A stretch of DNA of 64,000 nucleotides from a virus: the IMG/VR virus record IMGVR_UViG_3300046780_000733. The stretch is one strand, 5' to 3'. The translations under genes and the position numbers were made by a program. Numbering within the stretch: position 1 is the first letter of the stretch; the number at the start of each line of letters is the position of its first letter. Shown here piece by piece: positions 8,413-16,886 of the stretch. Below the pieces are notes generated by a model that did not search any database, had not been told where the DNA came from, and saw only the letters and a list, made by a program, of their open reading frames with translations.

Positions 8413-9566
8413 GGTATCTGAGTTTATTCAGCGGCGTCGAGGCCGCGACGCTTGCGTGGCAGCCTCTGGGATGGACCCCGGTGGCGTTCGCGGAGATCGA
8501 GCCATTCTGCTGCTCACTCCTGGCTCACCGCTTCCCCGAGGTTCCCAATCTCGGGGATGTGTGTGGGATCGACGCTGCGGCATTGGAGCCGCTGGGGCGG
8601 ATCGATCTCGTGATGTACGGGTTCCCTTGCACGGATATCTCGGTCGCTGGAAATCAGCAGGGCATGAAGAACGACGACGGTTCTTTGACCAGGAGCGGTT
8701 TGTTCTATGAGGCAACTCGGATTGTTCGACTCGCTCAGCGACACGGATGCCGGTGGTTCGTCTTCGAGAACGTCCCCGGGTTGCTCAGCAACGACCATGG
8801 ACGAACCTTTGCCGAGGTTGTTCGCGAGATTACTAGACTTTCCTTTCCCGTTCCCGCCAAAGGTTGGAAGAACACTGGAGTCGTCCGTAATCACGTGCCC
8901 GGAGAGTGGCAGTTTGCTTGGCGAACTCTTAACAGTGAGTGGTCCGGCGTTCCACAGCGGCGCCACCGAGTCTTCGCTTGCGGCCATCTTGGTTCATGGC
9001 GAAGTTCCGCAGAAGTTTTATTTGAAGCCAACGTCCTGCATCGGACTCCTCCGGAGAGCAAAGCAAAGGGGCAGGCGATTGCCATCTTTCTTGAGGAGGG
9101 TGCTGGAGTCGGTGGCCGAACAGGAAAGGCAGTTGCCGCCTACGGAGGCGGAAACTGCCAAGGACCGATCTCCACAGCCACATGCGTCTCATCCCACCAC
9201 AAGCGATGCGACTTTGACTCAGAGACCTTTGTTGTAGAAGCAGTCGCTTTCAAACCATCCCATTACACCAGAAGCAAGGATGGCGCGCCCTCCGAGGTGC
9301 ATCCGCCGAAAGAGGCGGATGCAGACAAGGGTGACCAAGATCCGGTGATATTGGCCGGCGCAACGATTCGCCGACTCTTGCCCATCGAGACAGAACGCCT
9401 TATGGCGTTACCGGACGGTTGGACTGACGTGCCACATCGTGACAAACCGGCCTCGGACTCGGCCCGCTACCGGGCCATCGGCAACAGCATCTGCGTCCAC
9501 GACCTTAGTTGGGTCGGACAACGGATACAGATGGTCAACGACGAGATTGAAATGGAGACAAAATGA
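8409..9566 (+). CDS. DNA (cytosine-5)-methyltransferase
   Basis: Motifs I LSLFSG, IV GFPC, VI FENVPG, VIII PQRRHRVF, IX RRLLPIETERLMALP, X AIGNS. Confidence 0.93.
   Translation: MRYLSLFSGVEAATLAWQPLGWTPVAFAEIEPFCCSLLAHRFPEVPNLGDVCGIDAAALEPLGRIDLVMYGFPCTDISVAGNQQGMKNDDGSLTRSGLFYEATRIVRLAQRHGCRWFVFENVPGLLSNDHGRTFAEVVREITRLSFPVPAKGWKNTGVVRNHVPGEWQFAWRTLNSEWSGVPQRRHRVFACGHLGSWRSSAEVLFEANVLHRTPPESKAKGQAIAIFLEEGAGVGGRTGKAVAAYGGGNCQGPISTATCVSSHHKRCDFDSETFVVEAVAFKPSHYTRSKDGAPSEVHPPKEADADKGDQDPVILAGATIRRLLPIETERLMALPDGWTDVPHRDKPASDSARYRAIGNSICVHDLSWVGQRIQMVNDEIEMETK
8707..9237 (+). CDS. Nested alternative-frame ORF, similar to M.EcoHK31I beta polypeptide
   Basis: SLAAILVHGEVPQKFYLKPTSCIGLLRRAKQRGRRLP resembles the beta-subunit pattern; AGGAG about 10 nt upstream of the ATG. 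Confidence 0.6.
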   Translation: MRQLGLFDSLSDTDAGGSSSRTSPGCSATTMDEPLPRLFARLLDFPFPFPPKVGRTLESSVITCPESGSLLGELLTVSGPAFHSGATESSLAAILVHGEVPQKFYLKPTSCIGLLRRAKQRGRRLPSFLRRVLESVAEQERQLPPTEAETAKDRSPQPHASHPTTSDATLTQRPLL

Positions 9567-9805
9567 GCGGCGACTTGCAATTTCTCATCAAGCAAGAACT
9601 AGGCTACGTTGAACCTCCGACCGATAGGTCGTGCAGGCACTGCTCCATGTTCAAGAACGAGTATTTCCCCGGGAACTCAGATGTGCCCCATGGCTCTTGC
9701 CATCTTTTGGTTGCCACGCTGGGAACCTTCGACGTGTCAGGAAATGGCACTTGTCAACACTTCATTCGCCCCGGAGAATTCCAGTGCAAAACCAATACCC
9801 CATGA
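9563..9805 (+). CDS. Small Cys-rich protein
   Basis: CRHC...C...C; coupled start. Confidence 0.55.
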   Translation: MSGDLQFLIKQELGYVEPPTDRSCRHCSMFKNEYFPGNSDVPHGSCHLLVATLGTFDVSGNGTCQHFIRPGEFQCKTNTP

Positions 9806-10203
9806 TGAACATCGAAGCCGCAGACACCTGGCTGACGCCGCTCTACGAGACCGACCGCAACCGTCAGCAACGACGCGTCTACTGGTGCCGGTGCCGCTGC
9901 GGCAAGGAACTTCCGGTTCCCCTTCACTGCCTCAGAGCCAAGTCGCCGCAGAAGAGCTGTGGATGCGCGAGCAAAAAGGATAAGCGAGGAGCCTATGCGG
10001 ATCATCGAATTGCGGGTTCAGGATTTCAAGAAAATCAAGGTGGCGAGATGGAAGCTCGATCCACATTTGAACGAAATCCGGGGCCAGAACCGGCAGGGAA
10101 AGAGTTCGATTCTGGACGCCCTGTTCAGTGCTCTTGGAGGCGCGAAAGCGTGTCCCAGCGAGCCCATACGATCAGGCTCAAAATCAGCCAAGACTGTCGT
10201 TGA
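9802..10203 (+). pseudogene. Homing-endonuclease N-terminal Zn-domain remnant
   Basis: YWCRCRCG...KSCGC resembles the N-terminus of the 33871-34707 protein; no nuclease domain follows; frame runs over the next gene. Confidence 0.45.
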
Positions 10204-11155
10204 CCTCGGCGACCTTCGGATCACCAGGACGTTCTCGCCGAGCGGCACGTTCCTGCAAGTCGAGGATCGTGACGGCGATGTCAAACGTGCTCCCCAGGAG
10301 TTGCTGAACAGCCTGGGCACCGCCCTCGGGATGGACCCACTGGCATTCGTGCGTGCCGATCCAAAGACGCAGATCGCCATGCTGCTCACGGCGTTTTGTG
10401 TCAGCGTTGACGATCTCGCTGTCGAGTACAAATCCGTCTCCGAGGAGAGAACTGAGACCAACCGCGAGTTGAAGCGTTTACGTGCCGCAGTCGAAAAAAT
10501 CGTCGTCGATCCCCGAGCCACGGTGATGCCGATCGACGTCGAGGGACTGAAGGCGCGTCGCTCCGAACTCATGGAACAGCGAAACGAGATCGACTCCGAA
10601 CTGAAGCGCATCACCGAGTTGTTCGATCAATCCCAGGCCCAACAGGTTGCATTGGCTCGGCTCCAGGATCGCGAGAACCTAGAAGGCGAAGCCGAGGAGG
10701 TTTCTTATGCGTCCGAGACACTAACGAAGCGTCTCGAAGAGATCCGCGAGGAGAAACGCGAGCGGCTGAAATCCGTGGAGTCCAAGATCGGCGGGCTCAG
10801 CATTGGCGACGACATGATCAGGTTCAACGGGAACCCGTTGGATCAGGCGTCGAGTGCCGAGCAGATCCAGTTGGGTCTTCAGGTCGCGATGGCCCCTGAT
10901 CCCAAACTGAGGGTCGTTTTGATCCGCGATGGAAGTTTGCTGGACAACGAAAGCCTAGAAGCACTTGAGGAGTGGGCAACAGAAAAAGATGTTCAGGTTC
11001 TTATAGAAAGGGTAGGCGAAGGCGCTCCCGAATACCCAGGCATCCTGCTTGTCGATGGAGAGATTTCCAAGAGGATCGGGGAAGAACCTGAGCAAGAGTT
11101 GTTCACCTTTTCCACGATCGACGATACCTCAAGGCAGGCGCAGGACGTTTTTTGA
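9995..11155 (+). CDS. SMC/Rad50-like AAA ATPase
   Basis: N-terminal Walker A GQNRQGKSS, coiled coil, signature ASSAEQ, VVLIRDGSLLD. Confidence 0.85.
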   Translation: MRIIELRVQDFKKIKVARWKLDPHLNEIRGQNRQGKSSILDALFSALGGAKACPSEPIRSGSKSAKTVVDLGDLRITRTFSPSGTFLQVEDRDGDVKRAPQELLNSLGTALGMDPLAFVRADPKTQIAMLLTAFCVSVDDLAVEYKSVSEERTETNRELKRLRAAVEKIVVDPRATVMPIDVEGLKARRSELMEQRNEIDSELKRITELFDQSQAQQVALARLQDRENLEGEAEEVSYASETLTKRLEEIREEKRERLKSVESKIGGLSIGDDMIRFNGNPLDQASSAEQIQLGLQVAMAPDPKLRVVLIRDGSLLDNESLEALEEWATEKDVQVLIERVGEGAPEYPGILLVDGEISKRIGEEPEQELFTFSTIDDTSRQAQDVF

Positions 11156-11305
11156 TGCTCCCATCGCACGTTTCCTTGAAAGATCTCACGATGATTCGTG
11201 ATCTTGGCAATGTCCGCCTGACACAGTTGATCTGTGCCATCAATGACCAAGGGTGGTCACTGGCGAAGCGGACGCTGCACTCGATGCCAACGTCAACCTC
11301 AGTAA

Positions 11306-11642
11306 CATCCCCGGTTTCAATGTCCAAGCCACGCAACCAGGAGAATCTATTTTGATCCCCAACAACATGTTCTACACCCAGGACGAACTCGACTCCGCTG
11401 TCAATGAGGCAGTGTCTAAGGCGCTTGACACCGCCCGCGAGTTTAGAAACTCGATGATGTCTCCTCTCGTGCAAAGGTCGCACGCTCTCTACGAGTACCA
11501 ACGGCTCCTCGACGAGATGCTCGTGTACACCCTCGGATCGCCGCAATTCTACGTCAAACTCGGCGAACTCAAGGCGTTCCACGAATGTCGGTCCGTGTCG
11601 CCGTCATCCACGGTTTCAATGTCCAAGCCACGCAAACAGGAG
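11306..11642 (+). repeat. 38-bp direct repeat, 2 mismatches (11306-11343 / 11605-11642)
   Basis: CATCC(C/A)CGGTTTCAATGTCCAAGCCACGCAA(C/A)CAGGAG, each ending in an RBS. Confidence 0.85.
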
Positions 11643-11651
11643 CCACAATGA
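11352..11651 (+). CDS. Hypothetical protein (partial paralog of next ORF)
   Basis: SPQFYVKLGELKAF vs SPEFFIALGQLKAV. Confidence 0.6.
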   Translation: MIPNNMFYTQDELDSAVNEAVSKALDTAREFRNSMMSPLVQRSHALYEYQRLLDEMLVYTLGSPQFYVKLGELKAFHECRSVSPSSTVSMSKPRKQEPQ

Positions 11652-11851
11652 ACGACAAAGAAACCGTGCAGTACGCCCACACTTACTGCGAAACTCGCAC
11701 TGAGCCTTCGCCGACCCAGCAAGCAAAAGATGCTCACCGCATGACCATTTACAAGACAGCATGTCGCAGGCTGTTCAGCCTGAAGACGTGCTCGCCCGAG
11801 TTCTTCATCGCACTGGGCCAACTCAAGGCTGTATTCGAGGAGCCACAATGA
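11648..11851 (+). CDS. Hypothetical protein
   Basis: Leader GGAGCCACAATG. Confidence 0.6.
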   Translation: MNDKETVQYAHTYCETRTEPSPTQQAKDAHRMTIYKTACRRLFSLKTCSPEFFIALGQLKAVFEEPQ

Positions 11852-12996
11852 TCAGCGTTGCCGCTGGAGACCTGAGACGAGCCGTCAAGATCGCGGCCCG
11901 CGCGTGCAGTGACCGTAGCCCCATCCAGGCCTGGGAGAAGGTGTTCTTGATCTTTCACAGTGATTCTTCGGCGGCGATGGCCACGGATGGCCGATGCATG
12001 ATCCGTGCACCAATTGCCACTGATGGCGAGTTTGATCCGTTCACGGCCGTCGTTGAGCCCGAGCGTGTGGTCCAGTGCTTGGTGGCCTGCGATGACCAGG
12101 ACGAAGTCAAGATCGGGCACGCCGGCGACCCCGACGGGACACACAGGATCACCTTCGACGTCTGTGGCAGCATGAGCACGAGCAGCTCCAGGTCGAGCAT
12201 CCGCTACAAGCCTCCGGAGTCGATCCCTGATATCCCAGAGCCCGACTGGTCAGAACCCACTGCGTTGTTCTCGCCCAACGCGTTCAACCAGATGCTCGGC
12301 CTAGTTGCCCCGGTGGCTCGCAAGATCCGCGGGGGTGCTATGACGGATGTTGTGCAACTGTACCCGGTCGATGGCAACCAAGTTCGATGCACCGCCTTCG
12401 ACGGCACCAGATTGGCTCAACTCTGGATCACCGATACGGCGCCTATGCAGTCGGAGATCCTGGTCCCGGCTGATCTCATCAAGTTGATCGGTGGGGACAG
12501 CAGGCATACCGAGGATGCAGTGGCCCTAATTGATGACGGACGCAGGATTCATGCACTCATAGACAACGTGTCTTACGTTGTGGCGTCGGTCCAGGGAGAG
12601 TTCCTGGACCGGTCCAGAGAGATGCAGATTCGTCGTGACCAGGCCACCAAGGTGGGCACGATCCGAGCTGACCACTTCCTGAGTGGACTCAGACAGGCCG
12701 AGATCGTGCTGGATGACCGCGCGGGCGTGGTAGGCGTGGATCTGCGTCGCGAGCCATCGGGACGTCTGGCAATGTCGTCTCAGAGCCCCATGCATGGCCA
12801 GTGCACCTGTTCCGTGCCGGCGAATCTGATCCAAGATTTTGCGCCAATAGCTATTCAGGCTCCTGTCATCACTGAGCAGTTGGCAAGGCTTAAAGAGGAA
12901 ACCATCGAGGTTTCCGTCATCGGTGATCTCGCGATGTTGATCGTCGCACTCGGTGGAAAGTATACGTTCATGCTCGGCGCCATCAAATTGAATTAA
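11848..12996 (+). CDS. dnaN: Divergent DNA polymerase III beta sliding clamp
   Basis: ~380 aa, three-domain spacing, MATDG and AFDGTRLA motifs, N-terminal L..AV..AARA pattern. Confidence 0.7.
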   Translation: MISVAAGDLRRAVKIAARACSDRSPIQAWEKVFLIFHSDSSAAMATDGRCMIRAPIATDGEFDPFTAVVEPERVVQCLVACDDQDEVKIGHAGDPDGTHRITFDVCGSMSTSSSRSSIRYKPPESIPDIPEPDWSEPTALFSPNAFNQMLGLVAPVARKIRGGAMTDVVQLYPVDGNQVRCTAFDGTRLAQLWITDTAPMQSEILVPADLIKLIGGDSRHTEDAVALIDDGRRIHALIDNVSYVVASVQGEFLDRSREMQIRRDQATKVGTIRADHFLSGLRQAEIVLDDRAGVVGVDLRREPSGRLAMSSQSPMHGQCTCSVPANLIQDFAPIAIQAPVITEQLARLKEETIEVSVIGDLAMLIVALGGKYTFMLGAIKLN

Positions 12997-13002
12997 TTGG
13001 GC

Positions 13003-13030
13003 TTGACGGATTCCGAATCTGCATTAAACT
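13003..13030 (+). promoter_or_regulatory. Promoter TTGACG-N16-TAAACT with GATTCCGAATC palindrome in the spacer
   Basis: Read from sequence. Confidence 0.6.
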
Positions 13031-13148
13031 TGGAATCTGACTCAGAACTTGTTTCGCGTGCGGCAATTAATCCGCCAAACATGTCAACAGACACCACTTG
13101 ACCACGGAGGTGCACCATGACCCCCTGGACCGCGGCCTGAAACCGCAT

Positions 13149-13216
13149 TCGCGGCGATTGTTCCTCTGGCACTTAGGGGCCTTTGTGCCAGTGCGGGATT
13201 CAACACCCGGCCGCGA
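13149..13216 (+). ncRNA. tRNA-like fold lacking a D-arm and canonical anticodon loop
   Basis: TCGCGGC/GCCGCGA 7 bp; CTGGCAC/GTGCCAG 7 bp; CGGG-ATTCAACA-CCCG T-arm-like. Confidence 0.45.
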
Positions 13217-13244
13217 GTTTTCTTTGTACCCGAGGATTCTGCTC

Positions 13245-13811
13245 TTGAGCCAAGACATCTACTTTACCGCAGACACTCATTTCAACCATCGCAAGTGCCT
13301 GGAGTTGTTCCGGGTGGGCAGGTTCGCGTCGATGGAAGAGATGAATGAGACGATGATCGACAGGTGGAACTCCAGGATCAAGCGATCTGATCGAGTGTAC
13401 CATTTGGGCGACTTCGCCCTGGGCCGTCAGGAAGACGCGAAGAATATCCTGGACTGCCTGAATGGACAGATTTACTTGATCCGCGGGAACCACGAGGCGG
13501 CCGTCGAGGGGACTCGGTGCCGTGACAGGTTTGTATGGATCAAGGATTACCACTGCATGAAGGTTGGAGAGCAGAAAATCGTCCTCTGCCACTATGCGTT
13601 CCGGACCTGGAACTGCATGCATTACGGTTCATGGAATCTGCACGGGCACAGCCACGGAAGTTTGCCCGAGATCAAAGGCTCAAGATCGTTAGACGTCGGG
13701 GTGGACTGCTGGGATTTTTACCCGGTCAACTTTTACGAAGTCAGAACCAAGATGATCGAGAAGACATTTCAGTCCGTGGATCACCACGGAGGCGACGATG
13801 AACACGACTGA
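13245..13811 (+). CDS. Calcineurin-like metallophosphoesterase
   Basis: ADTHFNH, HLGDF, RGNHE, CHY, HGHSH, DVGVD. Confidence 0.9.
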   Translation: MSQDIYFTADTHFNHRKCLELFRVGRFASMEEMNETMIDRWNSRIKRSDRVYHLGDFALGRQEDAKNILDCLNGQIYLIRGNHEAAVEGTRCRDRFVWIKDYHCMKVGEQKIVLCHYAFRTWNCMHYGSWNLHGHSHGSLPEIKGSRSLDVGVDCWDFYPVNFYEVRTKMIEKTFQSVDHHGGDDEHD

Positions 13812-13992
13812 CCAATGCCGAGCCTGCGGGGCAGCGATTCAAACTGGCACACTTCCTCCGCTATGCAGGTATTGCAGGATCAAGTACGGGGAACCCGACG
13901 GGCGGATCGCCGCGAGCCCGGCGAAGCGAGTCGAACTCATGAGGGCCGTGGCCGCTATGGCAGCACTACTACAGGGGGAGAACAATTCTTGA
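13798..13992 (+). CDS. Small Zn-finger protein
   Basis: CRAC...CRYC; RBS GGAGG. Confidence 0.55.
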   Translation: MNTTDQCRACGAAIQTGTLPPLCRYCRIKYGEPDGRIAASPAKRVELMRAVAAMAALLQGENNS

Positions 13993-14327
13993 CAGCCGGA
14001 ACTATTAATGCCTCCGTCACGCACACCGTGGACCAGGAAGGCAATAGGCGTTTTCACGTTGGGTTGCATCGACACGGCGTCCAGTTATCGGCGACGTTAA
14101 CCTCGGATCGCTTCGTGAAATTCATCGAGTCGCTGCACGAGCACATTCTCAGCGTGAAGCAACGCGGCCACTGGATGTTTGACTTCGTGTGGCCGTCGAA
14201 GACGGAGTTTCACATGATCACGCTGAGCGTCGATTCCGGGGAAGAACTCGTGAAGACGCTCGAAGCGGAGTGGTTTTACAGCCTGTGGACAAAGGAGGAC
14301 AATAATGTTCAAGCCGAATCCGCTTGA
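13989..14327 (+). CDS. Hypothetical protein
   Basis: TTGA-coupled, with RBS. Confidence 0.55.
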   Translation: MTAGTINASVTHTVDQEGNRRFHVGLHRHGVQLSATLTSDRFVKFIESLHEHILSVKQRGHWMFDFVWPSKTEFHMITLSVDSGEELVKTLEAEWFYSLWTKEDNNVQAESA

Positions 14328-14496
14328 GCAAGAGAAACTCGATATAGCTTACCAGATGTACGTGGATGGCCGAGAGGTCCAGGACATCGCCCGACGGCTC
14401 GGCATCGCGGAGCCCAATGTGGCACCATACCTGAAGGAAGCTCGCCAGCGGAGACTCAGGGAGATCGCGGAGAAAGACCGCCAGGAGAACCGATGA
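14305..14496 (+). CDS. Small HTH protein
   Basis: GREVQDIARRLGIAEPNVAPYL. Confidence 0.65.
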   Translation: MFKPNPLEQEKLDIAYQMYVDGREVQDIARRLGIAEPNVAPYLKEARQRRLREIAEKDRQENR

Positions 14497-15002
14497 AACT
14501 CTCGCTGATCGTCTGCATGAGCCGCAACGGAGTCATCGGCAACAATCGCCGTCTTCCCTGGTACATTCCCAGGGACATGCAGGCGTTCCGCCGATACACA
14601 ATGGGTAAACCGATCATCATGGGTCGCAAGACCTACGACTCGCTCGGCGGTCCACTTGAAGGGCGAACCAATATCGTCATGACCCGAGGGTGTGGCTGGC
14701 TACCACCGGGCGAAATCATCGTCTCTGGCAGCGTCAACGAAGCCGTGGCGGCTGCCGAGAAGACAGGCCAGCCGGAGGCCGTGGTGATCGGTGGCGCCCA
14801 GGTCTACGCCGAGTTCATACCGTTGTGCGACACCGCTGTCGTGACTTACATCCACAATGAATTCGACGGAGACACGGTGTTTCCGTGCAACCTATTAAAG
14901 TCACCAGAGTGGAAACTGACGAGCCAAGAACTATGGACGTCTGCCCCTGACACCGCGTGGTGCATGGTGAGCCATCTTGTTCTGGAGAGGAGACGCAAGT
15001 GA
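14493..15002 (+). CDS. folA: Dihydrofolate reductase
   Basis: GVIG...LPWYIPRD, IIMGRKTYDSL, PLEGRTNIV, VIGGAQVY, GDTVFP. Confidence 0.95.
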   Translation: MKLSLIVCMSRNGVIGNNRRLPWYIPRDMQAFRRYTMGKPIIMGRKTYDSLGGPLEGRTNIVMTRGCGWLPPGEIIVSGSVNEAVAAAEKTGQPEAVVIGGAQVYAEFIPLCDTAVVTYIHNEFDGDTVFPCNLLKSPEWKLTSQELWTSAPDTAWCMVSHLVLERRRK

Positions 15003-15358
15003 AAGAGGATGTCTACTTGACGTGGCGTAAACTCAAGGACGCAATCGCAGTGATGCCACGGGATCGTCTAGACGATCCCGTGCAGATCCTGCCATCGTCC
15101 ATCGAGGACCCAGTTCCTCTGCACGGCGTTTACGGCATCGGCACGGTTGAGTATTACTGCGACTGTGGGTCGGAAACCGAGTCTTCTCAAACCAGAGGGG
15201 TTATCGACAACAAGAACCACCCAGAGCATTACGTTTTGATCTCAGACGAAAACCCTCACGATGAGCACGGAAACACGTTTTTCACCATGACGGAAGACGG
15301 ATGGATTGGCGACAAGACAGGCAAAAACCACGACTGTTGCAAAGGGAGACGAAGTTGA
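14999..15358 (+). CDS. Hypothetical protein
   Basis: GTGA-coupled. Confidence 0.55.
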   Translation: MKEDVYLTWRKLKDAIAVMPRDRLDDPVQILPSSIEDPVPLHGVYGIGTVEYYCDCGSETESSQTRGVIDNKNHPEHYVLISDENPHDEHGNTFFTMTEDGWIGDKTGKNHDCCKGRRS

Positions 15359-15522
15359 CCAGACGAATCCTATATGCATGGTTCGTGTTCGCGACCTGCG
15401 TGGTACTGGCTGGATGCAACTATAACTCGCCTGAAGAAGAGGAACAGATCCGTGTCTACCGAGACTGGCATCCAGACCACCACCGTTGCTGGCTCTGCGG
15501 CGCAACCGCGAAACAGGAGTAG
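15355..15522 (+). CDS. Small lipoprotein
   Basis: Hydrophobic leader with lipobox LAGC. Confidence 0.5.
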   Translation: MTRRILYAWFVFATCVVLAGCNYNSPEEEEQIRVYRDWHPDHHRCWLCGATAKQE

Positions 15523-15627
15523 ACCAATATGAAATTCAACAGAATGGATGTATTGGTTGGCGTCACCTGCGCAATCGTTGGCCTCGCGATCGTCGCCACC
15601 AACACAGAGAGTTTGACGCTATAAACC

Positions 15628-16581
15628 TCACATCTCCTTGACACGCAGAAACATCTCCCGCCACTCACGCACTCCCTTTCCATGCTGCCACGAATTGTCG
15701 TCGGCGATGGCCATCTGGGCCGACGGCAACTCTTCGTTCTTGATAACGTGCTCCAGATTCCACACGTTGAACTCATCTCCGGGATAGACAGCGGCCCCTG
15801 GAAAACAGAAGTAGGGGCCGAAGTCCGTGGCCATGAACCTGGCCCCGTACCGCGCCGACTCCCAGGCCTTGATCGGCGACTTGGACAGATTGAACCTCGT
15901 GGGTTCCAGCGGCCCGAGACACACGATCGGCTTGAGCATGCGAGCCACACGGCCAGCATCGCGCCGATTCACCCAGGGGATGTGGACGCCGTGCCTGTCT
16001 AGCCACGTGGGCTCGATCCCGAAGAACACCCAGTCGTAGTCACGCTTGGTCTGGTCATACATGGTGCGAAGCAGGTCAACGTCCCGGTCGTGGCTCCGCG
16101 ACGCCGCGTACAGGATCACGCGGCTATCCTTGTTCTCGCCGCTGAACGGCTCATCGTTCAGATCGATCAGGTTGGGGACCACGATGGTCTTATCGGGGCG
16201 GTTGACCACGCGGATCAACTCGGGCACCGACACTGTGATCAGATCAGCCAAGTCTAGGCACCACTGGATCGTCGAGATGTGCTCGAATCCAGCGGATCGG
16301 TTCTCCGGCTTGTACTTGCCGATGTCTAGCACGTCGTCGTCGAGGTCCCAGATGATCTTGACGCCGTCCTTCTTCATGCGGCCGATCGCGGGAAGCGACG
16401 ACGGGTTGACCCATCGCTGGAAGAAGCAGGCACTGTAGCGACGATCCGAACGCAGGTGGTTCCTGAGATCAAACGTGACGCCGTTCTTGGCCATCTCGCC
16501 AGCCAGGTGACGCACAGGCAGGACATGGCGGTAGTAGGTTGATCCTTCGTCGTCGCCGCGGTACACCCAGAACCTGAGCAT
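15628..16581 (-). CDS. Glycosyltransferase-like protein (GT-B type)
   Basis: YYRHVLP, WDLDDD, ADLITVS, VVPNLID, PLEPTRFNLSKSPIKAWE. Confidence 0.75.
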   Translation of the reverse strand: MLRFWVYRGDDEGSTYYRHVLPVRHLAGEMAKNGVTFDLRNHLRSDRRYSACFFQRWVNPSSLPAIGRMKKDGVKIIWDLDDDVLDIGKYKPENRSAGFEHISTIQWCLDLADLITVSVPELIRVVNRPDKTIVVPNLIDLNDEPFSGENKDSRVILYAASRSHDRDVDLLRTMYDQTKRDYDWVFFGIEPTWLDRHGVHIPWVNRRDAGRVARMLKPIVCLGPLEPTRFNLSKSPIKAWESARYGARFMATDFGPYFCFPGAAVYPGDEFNVWNLEHVIKNEELPSAQMAIADDNSWQHGKGVREWREMFLRVKEM

Positions 16582-16591
16582 ATGAACTCCT

Positions 16592-16634
16592 AAAAAGAAA
16601 ACCGGCACCGCCCGACGAATCGAGACAGTGCCGG
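16592..16634 (-). terminator. Intrinsic terminator
   Basis: CCGGCACTG...CGGTGCCGG followed by TTTTCTTTTT on the minus strand. Confidence 0.75.
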
Positions 16635-16641
16635 GTAGCGA

Positions 16642-16867
16642 TGGTGGCTGGTCGGTCCTGCCCCGACCACGCACAGGATAGGCGTGTGCCGACGCCTCGT
16701 TTTACTTACTCCGCTCTCGAAGGAACAGCTACCCCGTTGGTATTGTCCGAAATACTCGGACACCTAACCGCGGCAGATCCGACTCCGACACTGTTTGCCG
16801 AATCACGGATACCGGCCGGGATCTCCTGTGCTCGATTCGCATGTCATCTAGCCACGCCGCAGCCACC
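16642..16867 (-). ncRNA. tRNA-shaped structured RNA with ~150-nt insertion
   Basis: GGUGGCUG/CAGCCACC-A closing stem, D-like arm, GCACAGGA/UCCUGUGC helix, T-like arm GUCGG-GGCAGGA-CCGAC; terminator follows. Confidence 0.65.
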
Positions 16868-16886
16868 GTGTTCTATGACCCAGATG

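Noticed and set aside
16642-16867. Canonical tmRNA (ssrA)
   Set aside because: No G3-U70 pair, no AA-ending tag peptide, and a paired D-like arm is present
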